Of a DNA stretch of 64,000 nt, positions 13,701-26,640 are shown one piece after another; the first letter of the stretch is position 1; every line of letters starts with the position of its first letter. The stretch lies in the NCBI RefSeq assembly GCF_902652985.1, contig NC_047016.1, forward strand, positions 50,344,001 to 50,408,000. Direction: 5' to 3'. The notes under the pieces are model-generated. The model did not search any database. It worked only from the letters and a program-made list of their open reading frames with translations, and had not been told where the DNA came from. This stretch comes from Pecten maximus. Taxonomy: Eukaryota. Both the position numbers and the translations under genes were made by a program.

Positions 13701-16700
13701 TTTGAGGAATCCTTCCTATTCATGAAGAAGAAACAAATGATCGGTAGAGCATGTTTATCGATGATCGGAATTGTCTTTAGTTTACCATTCTGTACACAGG
13801 TATGACGATTTTCGGAGACAGTCTCTGTGTTGAATTAATTTTCTTTATTGTTATGTTTTTGTCGCGCAACAAGTTTTATTGCATTGAAAGGCTTTCCTTT
13901 TTTATCCTTCACTGCTGAAAATGATTTTTTGATATATAACCCGAATCTATATTTGTATAATAAACACTTGATATTTAAAATCTCAGAATAAAGATTGTTA
14001 CTCTAATGTAAACAGAAAGAAAATATAAAAAACAAATAATCACATGGAGAGACTACCGAAACGTAAACGAAAACGGTGAAAACAACGCAAAATGTATCCA
14101 AAATGTAAATCGACCCCGATACATCTTAACAAGTAACGATACGGTAAAGACCATGCGTGCCGGAATGGCAAACAGAACCCTTACCGATTTCAGGAGGTTC
14201 AAATAGTTTTTGAAGCCGTACCCTCAAGCAGAATTTGAAATCGATAAATGTTTTAAAACACATGCCCCAAATGTGCATGTCTGTATCTTTTCCTCTAGAC
14301 AATCTAAATACAAACTGTCAATTATGTACTGTTGACATTTGATTTATTGAAAAATTAACACTGCAATTAAGAACATAGTGGCCATGCCTTTTCGCTTTTT
14401 TTCCTAGATATTATTTGATAATGTATAAACGCATATGTCTGATTGTACTTTGCACTGTAGTATTACATCAAATTGTGTAACTAACACACAGACATGAACA
14501 ATAATAATTTTAAAATCCCTTTTGTTTATTGGTAGGTTTACACTTTCAGGCAGGAGTATACATATTTCAGCTGTTTGACTGGTATATGGCAGTATTTGGC
14601 CCGTTGTTTTTCACATTGATAGAGTGTGTATCGGTATCATGGTTATATGGTAAGTAAAATCAACCCATATAGATCATAAAAATTAATATTATATTTATAA
14701 ACTAGCACTTGCAAAATAGAAAAATGTCTGTATCGTTATATTTATTTATAACTACATATATGTATATTCTTCTAACCTAATTAACATAATATCCTTTTTA
14801 AAAATAGTTTTATACCACCGATGATGTATGCCTTGATATCAGTATTCTGGTATAGAATTTCATGTTGTTGAATCCTTGACGGTTGATATACACATGAACT
14901 TGGGCTTGGAAACGTTAGTTGTGAATATAATATATCCTTGCCATGATTGTATTTATTAATCTATTGTTTTACAATAAATTATGTTATACTGTTTTAAATA
15001 CTATAACTATTCTGGTATATCGTTATGTTTTTAATCTCATACTGCCTGCTTCAAATAATTTATTTTTAAGATATCGGTAGACTTCACCTGAGGTTCAAAC
15101 GGACCCATCTTCTATGTTGATATCTGGATGTATACATTTAACTTGCTTTTACTGTGTTTGAATAACTAGTTATAAGTATGTATATAATAGAAAAAAATAT
15201 GCGAACACGTTAAAAAAAAACATAATTAAATATCAATCAAAATGTTTAAACAAAAATGCTTCTTACAACTGGGAACATTTTATGCATACTTGCAATTGGT
15301 TTTTATTTTTCCATATTTTCTGTACCAGGAGCCGAGCGGTTCTCACGAGACGTAGAAATGATGATCGGCAGGAGGGTACCAGGCTACATTAAATTTTGTT
15401 GGTCTTTCTTCTCACCCCTTCTCTTATGTGTAAGTATATGTGTAAATATATTGAAAACATTCCCTAAACACACGTGTTTTGTACACTGTCGATAGTTCGA
15501 ACGAGTCGCTAAACTAGTTGCTTTGAAATTTGTTTTTAAAACACCTTAAGAATACCAAGTTTTAAAGAAGTCGTTCTTGTTATCAATAATACGTATATAC
15601 AAGGCTTATTCAATTAGAAAAAATATTCATTAACATTATGTTAAAGATTGAATTAATACACATTATCTTTATTTCTTTTTGTTTTCCCCGAATCGATACA
15701 TCGTGGTCTACTTAAAGTTTGAAGCATAATGATGTTGAAATTTTTCAAAATCTATATTTTTTATTCATTTTATTGCATTGCTTTTTTTAATTCTATGCAA
15801 ACATTTGCAGAAATTAAAACACCTTAAGAATTCCAAGTTTTAAATAAGTTGTTTTTGATCGAAAGCCAATATGGTGGTGACCATACTGCGAAAGTCATAC
15901 CAACGGACTGTCAACTACTAATTTGCGATTTGAAAACTATAAAAACTATTTTGACTAGTCTAATATAAGCGCTTAAGGAAGATCCTTAGTAATGGAGGAA
16001 GCGGTTGGTGAATATCAAGGCATTGTATCTTTAGTCTAAATATTTACGTAACGAAGTATATAAAACGAAGTAGAACGAGAAGTTTTCGATTAAACCTATT
16101 GTTTACAGACGTTACTTATTCTTAGACTTCGTGATAGCGTGACCCAAAAATAAATAATCTAAAGTTCATAATAATAAAAAATTCTTATCAACAGAATTAA
16201 TGACAAGTTTTAGATAAAAGATATACACGATTTTTACCCTGGCATGAAAATATGACCTTGGTGTAATTTTTTTTTGAATTGTTTTTTTTTTTTTTAAATC
16301 CTTATTGCTTTTTTGATACAATTGCTTTTTTGATATGGTTCTGCTTACCGCACATGTCAAACTCGTTGATTAATATATATATATGTATTTCTCTATGAAT
16401 GCTTTATTGTCATATTGACTAATTCCCTGTACAGGTTTTGATGGTAACAAGCCTTGTGTTGTATGTACCACCTACATACGGGGACTATGTATATCCGAGT
16501 TGGGCCGGAAGAGCTGGATGGGTGGTTTCTTTGTTGCCAATTATACCAGTCTTTATCATAGGCTTTGGTGTCGTGTACTACTCACCGGGAAAAACAATCT
16601 GTCAGGTACAGTTCTAGCCATAAAAACACATTTATGTTTTGTCATAACAAACATTACATGAGCCTCGAGCAAATCCATTCATTCAAGTCGCTTGAGGTAT

Positions 16701-17704
16701 GTCAATTTCTTGGCATCAGATTTTGTAATTTAATCTGTAGTTCGATAAGGCATGCAATGTCCCTGTAATGGTATCCAAATGATATGGTATGTTCCACTAC
16801 TTCCAATACTTGTTTCCTCTTAAACAACTGATAGCTTTATGAGACAAATATACTTACTCATCTAAATTTTGACATTTTTGGACTAAATTTAATTGCCTCA
16901 TATGTATAAATACTTTGGACCCTTATCATCATAAAAGGATGAAACAGCTGTATGATGTATCTAGTACTACTAACGAGTCTTAGAAGGATGAAACAGCTGT
17001 ATGATTGTATGTTTATGTTTTAAGGCCCATCGACAACTAGGGTCATTTAGGGCCAAACAATATACTAACATGTTTTATTTTGTAAGTTAAAATCAGATAA
17101 AATTTGTCATTTTTAAAAGCATCCGTATTGTATATTTAGATCATTATGATAAAAAAGTTGGTTAAAAATGGTAAAATATGTATATGTACGAATAGATTAT
17201 GTGAACAGCTGTATGATGTCTCTAGTACCACTAACGAGTCTTAGAAGGATGAAACAGCTGTATGATGTCCCTAGTACCACTAACGAGTATTAGAAGGATG
17301 AACCAGCTGTATGTTGTCCCTTGTTTCACCAACGAGTCCTAGAAGGATGAAAAACTGAATGAAGGAGTTTGGTTTTTATTTTTAGCTCTACTGTATATGA
17401 CATAATTTGTATTGAATGGCGCTTGTGTTTTGTACAACCCAAGTAAAGGTATACCAATTGCATACTTTGCTCGACAATGGTATCCCAATAATATCGTTCC
17501 TGCTGATATCCCTCTCATGTTTTATAACCTTACACATTATTTACTGTGTTACAGAAATTAAGTCATTCTGTGCGACCTACCAAGAACTGGCACCCTGCGG
17601 TGGATACAGTCGATTACCTTGCTCTCTCCTTGGAAACACAGGCTTCCGTCACACAGAAAGTTCTCATTAACCTTGGCTTTACGAAGCATCCGGACGTAAT
17701 ATGA
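7768..17704 (+). CDS. SLC6 / neurotransmitter:sodium symporter family transporter (amino-acid type), 13 coding exons, ~643 aa
   Basis: GT-AG exons with consistent phases: 7768-7945, 8302-8433, 8808-9168, 9920-10052, 11420-11554, 11971-12074, 12842-12966, 13250-13362, 13671-13799, 14550-14649, 15329-15429, 16435-16605, 17555-17704 (1932 nt). NSS motifs: [85 protein letters not shown]1 has Gly where monoamine transporters have Asp. Confidence 0.93.
10370..10750. repeat. ~41-bp intronic minisatellite (tgacccttgttgttagtgtcaccttgacagcagtcctcaaa), ~9 copies
   Basis: Degenerate tandem units read directly in SLC6 intron 4. Confidence 0.85.
16935..17352. repeat. 49-bp tandem repeat (gaaggatgaaacagctgtatgatgtccctagtaccactaacgagtctta) interrupted by a ~195-bp retroposon-like insert
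   Basis: Unit starts at ~16935, 16983, 17244, 17293 and 17342. The array is broken at ~17007-17200. Confidence 0.8.
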
Positions 17705-18219
17705 GGCATTTTATAGTTAAAATCACTATGTAAGTTAAAATATCATTTGTATAATTATATAAAAAAATATTTTGTAACTCAATTCAATTTTGGGTTTTAA
17801 ATCAAAATATACTTTTAGATATTCTTCGTAGCATTACTCTTATGAAACAGAGGGGGCATTTTCTCCACTTGAATAATCTCCTCGGAAAAGACCTATGGAT
17901 ATAATAAAACTGAAAAGTTGTATCCTCAAGCTCGTCGTCGTTTTTTATTTGCTTGTTGAGACTGTCTTGAGCTTCTTAGTTTTTTGGTGACTGTTATGAT
18001 ACCTTTGCTGCATTGGTTTGCGAGGCGGAACGGGCCAAACGCTACAGTGCGTAGAATACTCCTATATTTTATTATCATTCCGAGAATACCTTAATAATTT
18101 CACAAAAAAACAACAACAAACAAACAAACAAAATAAAAAAACTCTTCCTGTAAACTTTGTTTTATTTTGTTTTACAAAAGTTGTTCATGTCTTTATTAGG
18201 TACGTATATACACCATGGC

Positions 18220-20213
18220 TTTCCTCTGTCAGACCCCTGTGATATATCAATGGTACAATACATAGATACACCACGGCTATCCTTTGTCAGACCATTGAGA
18301 GACAAACATAGATACAATACAGCTATCCTCTGTCAGACCTCTGTGAGACATGCATACATAGATACACCAAGCTATCCTCTGTCAGACCTCTGTAAGATAT
18401 ACATACATAGATACACCACAGCTATCCTCTGTTAGACTCTGTGAGACATACATAGATACACCACAGCTATCCTCTGTCAGACCTCTGTAAGATATACATA
18501 CATAGATACACCACAACTATCCTCTGTCAGACCTTTGTGGGACATACATAGATACACCACAGCTATCCTCTGTCACACCTCTGTGAGACATATATACATA
18601 GATACACCACAGCTATCCTATGTCAGACCTCTGCGACATACATAGATACACCACAGCTATCCTCTGTTAGACCTTTGTGATACATACATAGATACACAAC
18701 AGCTATCCTCTGTCAGACCTCTGCGAGACATACATAGATACACCACAGCTATCCTATGTCAGACCTCTGTGGGACATACATAGAAACACCACAGCTATCC
18801 TCTGTCAGACCTCTGAGAGACATACATACATAGATACACCACAGCTATCCTCTGTCAGATCTCTGTGAGACATACATAGATACACCACAGCTATCCTTTG
18901 TCAGACCTCTGTCAGATATACATACATAGATACACCACAGCTATCCTCTGCCAGACCTTTCTGAGTCATACATAGATACACCACAGCTATCCTCTGTCAG
19001 ACCTTTCTGACACATACATACAAAATGACATCACAGCTTTACCCTGTCAGATCTCTGTGAGAGATTTACATACATAGATACACCACAGCTATCCTCTGTC
19101 AGACCTCTGTGAGGCATACATACATAGATACACCACAGCTATCCTCTGTCAGACCTCTGTGAGGCATACATACATAGATACATCACAGTTATCCTCTGTC
19201 AGACCTCTGTGAGACATATATACATAGATACACCACAACTATCCTCTGTCAGACCTTTCTGAGACATACATCGATACATCACAGTTATCCTCTGTCAGAC
19301 CTCTGTGGGACATACATAGATACATCACAGTTATCCTCTGTCAGACCTCTGTGGGACATACAAAGATACATCACAACTATCCTCTGCCAGACCTCTGTGA
19401 GACATACATAGATACACCACGGCTATCCTCTGTGAGACATACATAGATACACCACAGCTATCCTCTGTCAGACCTCTGTGGGACATACAAAGATACATCA
19501 CAGCTATCCTTTGTCAGACCTCTGAGAGACATATATACATAGATACACCACAACTATCCTCTGCCAGACCTCTGTGAGACATACATAGATACACCACAGC
19601 TATTCTCTGTCAGACCTCTGTGGGACATACATCGATACTCCACAGCTATCCTCTGTCAGACCTCTGTGAGACATACATCGATACTCCACAGCTATCCTCT
19701 GTCAGACCTCTGTGAGACATACATCGATACTCCACAGCTATCCTCTGTCAGACCTCTGTGAGACATACATAGATACACCACAGCTATCCTCTGTCAGACC
19801 TCTAAGATATACATACATAGATACACCACAGCTATTTCTTTCAGATCTATGTGAGATAAATGCACATAGATACAGCAAGGCTGTATTATTTTCAGACCTC
19901 TGTAAGACGTACACACATAAAGCGTCACAGCTGTTCCTTTTCTGTCAACTCTTTTTGAGCTATTTTAACAGATCTTTGTGGGCTATACGAACATGGAGAC
20001 ACAAGGCGATCCTCTGTCCGACTTCTGTGGGACACACATACATAAATATGTCACAGTTATCCTTTGTTAGAGTTCTGAGAGATATACATCATAGATACAT
20101 CAATGCTATACTTTGTCCGACCTCTGTGAGACATACATATGCAGAGACAAGACATCTATTCTCTGTTAGACATATGTGAGGCATATATACATAGGTGCAC
20201 CACAGCTATCCTT
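18220..20213. repeat. 46/50-bp minisatellite (catagatacaccacagctatcctctgtcagacctctgtgagacata), ~40 copies, overlapping the 3' end of the Mab-21 CDS
   Basis: Units read directly. Homogeneous in the centre and degenerate at both edges. Confidence 0.95.
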
Positions 20214-22213
20214 TCAATGGCAGGATTCCACTCATGATAATGAGTCTTAGATTGAGCTGATTTCCAGTAAGCCCTAATTGCCTTTTGAAAGTCTCCAAGA
20301 ATTTGATAACAGATCCCCAGGAGAGTGTGAACTATCCAGAATTTGTGTCCCCCTTGTGCTTCATGTTCCTGAACTTTTATCAGGTTGTGTAGGGCTGTAT
20401 CACGTCCTCTGGTGTCTCTCAGCTCATGGCAGCACAGGAAGCTCAGGAACAGCGCATACGGTAATGGAGGAATAGCTATGTTCCTGTGTTCCTTTAACAG
20501 CTCCAGACAGAGATGAGGAAGATGCATCGTCTTGTGGTAAAAGAAAAGGACATCTGTGCATGTTCTCTTCAGCCTGTCTACTGTATTTCCAGGGTGATGA
20601 AATTCACGCAAATATAATGCTATCATATCTTGGTGCACTTCACCAATGTTCACTCTGTAATATGATGCTAGTTTCATAACCTGTTGGCTCATGTCTCGGG
20701 ATTTTCTGTAGTTTCCTGTTAAAAAATGAAAAGTTGCTAAATACAACAGATCTGTGCCCATTGAAGATCTAGGAATCATCCAGTGTTTGCACTTTCTCAG
20801 TCTTTGGTACCTTGACTTGTTCTCGCGAGCAAGTAAGTGATCTGCATCAAGTTGCTCTTTTGCTAGACTGTCAAGGCCTTTCGTAGCGTAGCGGTATGCA
20901 TAGACCTGATCGTCCTCCGATTGTAAAGTTGTTAATGAGTTGAATGCTTGAGTGATAGTCCTGGGTGTGAAACCGCAGATTTCTTTTTCGACTGGCATAT
21001 AATAAAGTGTCGTCAAATCCTGTCCAAGAATAATTTCTGGAACTAATCTAGGCTTTGCAAGAACAGCTTGCATTGTGATATTACAAAGATCATCCCATAT
21101 TGAGCTTTCGAAAAAGGTTCCGACAGAAAGACACATCCATTTCAACGTCGAATAGTTGGTCAAAATATCCAACAGTATTTTCTGACTTTGTCCGTGTACT
21201 TTCCTCTTGAACAAGTTGTTGGTTGGGATGAAGTAATTAGGACAGAATCCTGCCCTGATCCAAGCAATCAGAATGTTGAAGCAAAACCAAAAGCAATAAA
21301 ACAAATATTTCTCTTGCCACAACTTTTGACTGGTATTCTCTATTGCATGGAAAAGGACTGTTTTTAAGAAATAGGAGCACAAGATGTCGTCATCCCCAAT
21401 GGCTTCTTTTAATGTGGCTTGTATCTGTTTTAAGAAATACTTCAGCAGTGCATACACTTGGAGTTGAATGTGACTAAAGGAGTGAACTAAAGACCTTTCT
21501 GCTGTTACAAGTGAGATTCTCCATTGTAAAAATGTGCTTTTAGAACATTTATCTCCTACAGGGACAAGATGGCATCCGCTGCGCACAATCTTTTCTATCA
21601 GGGTTTGACATGGCCATCCATACAGACGTGTACGAGTAATCCATTCGTCAGCCTCCTTAGGCCAACTTTTACACGAAAAACATTGAACAATATCATAATC
21701 AAGCGATATCCTCATCGTAGAACTAGGACCATTTGACTCATGTTGTAAACCTGACAGTTTTGAGCGAAGATTGACATGGACTTCCCTATAAAGATCACTG
21801 GAAACAAACATTGAGTTCCCTCTCCTAACAAGTGAATGATGCAAGGCTTCATCGAAGTATTGCCCTAAATGACCAAACTCTAAGTTGACATAACCAGGAC
21901 GACAATCTGCTGCCTCTCTAATATAAAGTATAGTTTTGAGTGTGTCGTTTGGAGAAATACACTGATCAGGATACATCACAATTACATCACGGTGTACCTC
22001 CATAGCGTCATGATCAGACCCGTTCAGGAAAAGTCCTTCTCCGCGTGTTCCTGCGTGAATGGTATAATTATGGCGATGGTCAGAATTCTCGAAAAATTCG
22101 CGTAAAATCACTGCCCTTCTTCTGATATTCACCTCCTCCCTTGTCCCTATTAACTTTCTGTCCAGATATTTAGACAAGAGCAAAGACTTTTGTTCATTTC
22201 CTAAGGTTTCCAT
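20156..22213 (-). CDS. Mab-21 domain nucleotidyltransferase (cGAS-like receptor, cGLR) with C-terminal TPR-like helical region, 685 aa, single coding exon
   Basis: NTase signature AGTRGEGLFLNGSDHDAM plus a third acidic residue in LDYDIV. Mab-21 motifs: WPKEADEWITRTR..WP, GCHLVPVG, QWRISLVTAERSLV, ILCSYFLKTVLF, CPNYFIPTNNLF. TPR-like segment HTLLGICYQILGDFQKAIRAYWKS. A splice acceptor (ccatttacag) lies ~16 nt upstream of the ATG. Confidence 0.92.
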   Translation of the reverse strand: METLGNEQKSLLLSKYLDRKLIGTREEVNIRRRAVILREFFENSDHRHNYTIHAGTRGEGLFLNGSDHDAMEVHRDVIVMYPDQCISPNDTLKTILYIREAADCRPGYVNLEFGHLGQYFDEALHHSLVRRGNSMFVSSDLYREVHVNLRSKLSGLQHESNGPSSTMRISLDYDIVQCFSCKSWPKEADEWITRTRLYGWPCQTLIEKIVRSGCHLVPVGDKCSKSTFLQWRISLVTAERSLVHSFSHIQLQVYALLKYFLKQIQATLKEAIGDDDILCSYFLKTVLFHAIENTSQKLWQEKYLFYCFWFCFNILIAWIRAGFCPNYFIPTNNLFKRKVHGQSQKILLDILTNYSTLKWMCLSVGTFFESSIWDDLCNITMQAVLAKPRLVPEIILGQDLTTLYYMPVEKEICGFTPRTITQAFNSLTTLQSEDDQVYAYRYATKGLDSLAKEQLDADHLLARENKSRYQRLRKCKHWMIPRSSMGTDLLYLATFHFLTGNYRKSRDMSQQVMKLASYYRVNIGEVHQDMIALYLREFHHPGNTVDRLKRTCTDVLFFYHKTMHLPHLCLELLKEHRNIAIPPLPYALFLSFLCCHELRDTRGRDTALHNLIKVQEHEAQGGHKFWIVHTLLGICYQILGDFQKAIRAYWKSAQSKTHYHEWNPAIERIAVVHLCIYASHMSNRE

Positions 22214-23100
22214 CGTCTCGGGTTTTAATCTGTAAATGGAGAAATCGAATTATTATCTCTGCATTTTTATCAGTTTAGTTAACAGATGCAGTTTATAATC
22301 TGGTATGTTAACATAAACATAAACATTTACATAAATTGATAAATATTGCAGATTATGAAACCTACCGTCTATGGTATGTCAAACGTTGCAATATTCAATT
22401 ATGTGATATTTATATTCAATATCATTTATATTGTATGCTTTCCAGGTGTATTCAATAAGTTTAAATTTGTATTGTATATTATTTGTATTAGTATTCTTTA
22501 ATTCAATAGGTATGTTATTATTTATATACAGTAATACAATTCTCTATTTATATTCTTTATATCGCCATTTATATTCTATATTTCACATTTGTTTTATATA
22601 TTTTGTATCTATATTCTAAAACTTTCCTTTTTGTATTCAATAAATCACATTTTTATTTCATAACCGATTCATTTGTAATATAAATAATTTACATTATATG
22701 ATTTTGTATTACTATTGTATCCTCTTTGCAGTTACATTTAATACTGTTTATATCCAGTGGCGAAGGTCACGTCAAATCTCGCCAACTCTCGGACTTCCGC
22801 TTTCTCGCCCTATAGTATTAAGTTAATCATGCAAAATGTACTAAAATTTAAAATGTTTATCTGAACACAGTAATGACAGCCCATCCTTATCACATCATTA
22901 TATGTTCAACTTAGACAACATCTTTAATTTACGATATAAGTTTAAAAACGTCTTTTTTTCAATTCATCCCGTCAATTTTTTTCTATACCATCGCCTCTGT
23001 TGTCCAGCTCATCTCAGTTTCATTTCCCGCTTCTATATCTGAATCATTATCTGTTTCCGTACCAGTATGAACCGGTAGGACAATGTCAAGTGTATCTTCC

Positions 23101-23160
23101 CTGTTCCCAGTGTATTGACCCTGACTGTTAATAGGACGTTAAACAAAACAAACCAAATCA
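23101..23160 (+). mobile_element. 5'-truncated SINE 3' tail
   Basis: tgaccctgactgttaataggacgttaaacaaaacaaaccaaa matches the tail of the full SINE copies. It is flanked by the direct repeat gtatcttccc. Confidence 0.75.
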
Positions 23161-24943
23161 AGTATCTTCCCATTCAGGAGAATTACTCTCGATTTCGAGT
23201 TAATATCGGTAGGCCTAGGCTCCCCCCTAGCGGTAAAAACATTTGTTTTTATCATCCTCAACATATTTCCTTGTCAGGGTATTCCGCAATCGTTGGGCCC
23301 TCGAGAGAAAATCTCGTTCGCATAAAGCAGTTTGTAATATTTTTAACTAACATAATTACATTTTGTAGGTAAAGCGTTGTATTTAACAAGACAGTATCGT
23401 CAATAATGCATGAAAAGAGTTCATGCGTTTAGCTGACCGTGTCTAAATGTACCTTGCTTGCAACGTCAATTATTAATTTCCTGTATAGCTATTATAAACA
23501 ACCACCAGGGCCCAGCAAAGCCACATCTGCACACTGGACAAGAACAAAGCCGACGCCGGTTTACACAGAGTAGATTTACTAGTGTTAAGAAGAAAAACGA
23601 CCTTGAATTAGGACCGATAACAGAATAGATAGAGTCCTGATGAGGCAGATTTAAACTACTATAGATAAAAAAAGAATTTTTCAGGACTAAATTATTCGAC
23701 CAGTTTAAATAAGGATCCGGACAGGACAGAGTCCGGTTTAGACACTGTAGAAACAAATAAAAAAAATGAATGAAACAATCACAAGGTTAAATTTTAGAAA
23801 TCGACCACTTGCAGGTTTCAGTATTTGTTTGTTTTTTGCTGTGTTTTTGTTTTGTTTTTGTTTGTTTTGTTTTACATATTATTGTTTACAACGACGAAGG
23901 AAACGTAACGCCATAGCCTTCGCTTCGTGAATTCGTTGCAGGCAAGACAATATATCTCGCAATATACCGTATAGTAACGACAGTATCATTCCCTCCCAAA
24001 AACACACACCATTTAACCTGAAAATTGGCGATTCTGGTAATTCTAGAAAGTGTTAAAACTTTTCCCCCCTTTTTTTCTTTCTTCGTGTTTATTTATTTGT
24101 TTGTAACCCTTTTTGTTATGATGAGGGTAATCTTGCTAGTCCGAGTACGGGAATGTGACCCAGGACAGGGTATACGTAGGCATACAACTGTACAGTTGGC
24201 AAAGACCCGTATTGAATATTATTGCAAACAAATATTATTGTAAAATGATATAATATAAATAACAATACAATACACATCCATCTCTTATAGAACACAAATG
24301 AAGAGTTTTATAATATAAACACAATATTGAATAAAAATAAGAAATATAGAGTATAAATAGATAATGATACAATAAGAAGAATACAATATACAGTATATAT
24401 TGACATATAGACTACAAATGCAAAGAGTATACAATACAAATTTAAACCTAGTTAATAGAAATGGGAAATAAACAAATTGAATATAAACATCAAAGTATAA
24501 AATAATTGAACGTTTGCCAAGCCATAATCTTCTAACTGCCATATTGGAGCTATAATCTGAGACATAAAAAGAGAAAACAGTGTATCACAACTCTTATTTT
24601 GTTATATTTACAGCCAGTTACTACAGTTAATATTATACACTCTATTGCATATGTACTGCCGAAGTAAGTACGATCGTGGTGGTACTGTAGCTGTCTTTTG
24701 TACGTATGTTTTAGCATTCACGTGGAAAACAGGGTAAAGACTAATTGCATGTACGTCTTAATAAAATATCAAAATTTCATGAAAAAAATCACCAATACAA
24801 AGACATAAAATGCTTTAATTAGCTTATAGGAAAATTAATCAATGGAAAACAAGTCAATCATTTTAAAAGCGAAAACAAATTGTGCTGTATGAATCCTATA
24901 AAAAAAAGTCTCGCTTTTCAGCAAAAAATCTATTTTCAACTAT

Positions 24944-25016
24944 AAAAATGTGGAACGATTTTACGTGTCATCCTTGCGCAAGGCTTTGCTAATCTTCTAT
25001 GTATCGTTCCAATTTT
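24944..25016 (-). pseudogene. U6: 5'-truncated U6 snRNA pseudogene
   Basis: Reverse complement reads AAAATTGGAACGATACATAGAAGATTAGCAAAGCCTTGCGCAAGGATGACACGTAAAATCGTTCCACATTTTT, matching the U6 central and 3' region. The ACAGAGA box is mutated, there is an internal deletion and the 5' stem-loop is missing. Confidence 0.88.
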
Positions 25017-26640
25017 GATTTGAACCAACATCTACTGCACTTTATTTTTTGATAGAATCAACAGGCCATGTACAGTAAATAAATACACTAGACGAAATTC
25101 AGTCTCAATACTCAACACAAGGGGAAGTATGTTGTATAAAGGTCATTACCTTAAACACCTACGTACGCAAAATAATATCATACAAGTGTTGCGCCCAATT
25201 TCTTTGTTCAAGTATACATTGTTGTACTTTGTTGCAACTTGTACATCTCATTGACGTCTCGTTGTCTACCTGTGCCGCGTTGTGTCTACACTGTCTGACA
25301 CGAAGGATGCATATTGCAAGTTTGCAAAATGCAAAACAACATCAGACAATACCAGGTTTGGATATAATTCTATGGAAAACGATGAGTTACCAGACTTCAA
25401 CTTTCATTTCGTCAGTACATTCGTGATCGTAGTCGGGATCAGATGTAAAGGCAACGATAAGGACGGTGGTTTTGTCAAAGTATTGAAACCTACCAACTTC
25501 TACGAATAAACAAATGCGTTAGTTCTACACGATAGAGTATTTTTTTTTTTTTTTTTAATTAATTAAATCAGTATGATTCGTCTGGAACAAACTCTTTCAC
25601 AGTCGATCATGATTTCATCTTTTCCCTATGGATTAATTACGAAATCCAAGTTTTCAAATAGGGCGGTTATTTTTGGCTTATTATAGAAGATTGCAAGTGT
25701 CTTTCCGTCTAGTAGGCATACGATTTAAACTCGACGCCGTATCACCGCTACCTTTGATATCTTGACGCGTAATATTTACAAGCGTGTAAAACATTTCGGC
25801 GTGATGTTGTACAAATGCTTGGAATTTTTTTTTTATTCGCGCTACATTATATTAACAAAGAAAACAACCAAAGGTACCCTTTTGAAGAAAACCCGAATGA
25901 AACTATCTCATCTAACGAAACTTTTTTGATTAATTTGTTTGCTTATATATTTGCAGAAATAAAAGCTGTGATTATTTTAAAGCGTGATTTAGCGAAACGT
26001 ATAAGCATAAAATCTTTATATATGGAGAGTAAATTTTAGGATGAAAATGTATTTCTGATGGTTTTATCAAGGGGTAAAGATAGGTATAGATATTTGTTTC
26101 AGGAGCTGTCGATTCCAAATATGGATATAATGCTGAGCTTCATCATCTGAGATTACTACAAGGACGACAAATAATAACTATTGCCAATATGTATATATAC
26201 GAGACTGTCTATTGACATTGACAAAGACATTTCGGCGGATGCCTTAAACAAAGGGATTACCGGACACCCCTATCCACAATGTATATCAAAAGCTAACATG
26301 AAAAAGGTGGGATTATAGACATTGCCTGATAAAGTATGGTAATGTTAATAATTTGGTAATTCATAACAATTATACAGAGTAAGCCTGTTCTATATCAAAC
26401 AAAATAATTACTTACCAGAACAACATTCGTGTTGTATTTACATCATCCAAAGCCGCAGTTTTAATCGGTATGTCATTGCGTGATCTGGGAGTCTAGCTTG
26501 ACTGAGTGACAGTTACCTACTCTAAACATCCTATTACTGTGCGATCATGATATAACTGTAGTCCGACCACCTGTTCCAGCCACTTATCAAATATATCCCG
26601 TTTTCACTAACCTTCAGTTTCCTAACACTTGAAAAACAAT

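Noticed and set aside
18220-20155. CRISPR-like appearance of the repeat arrays
   Set aside because: The units are contiguous with no unique spacers, there are no cas genes, and the context is eukaryotic.
25229-26340. Cys-containing short ORFs resembling a decayed extracellular-domain gene
   Set aside because: I could not assemble a consistent exon chain or a convincing motif.
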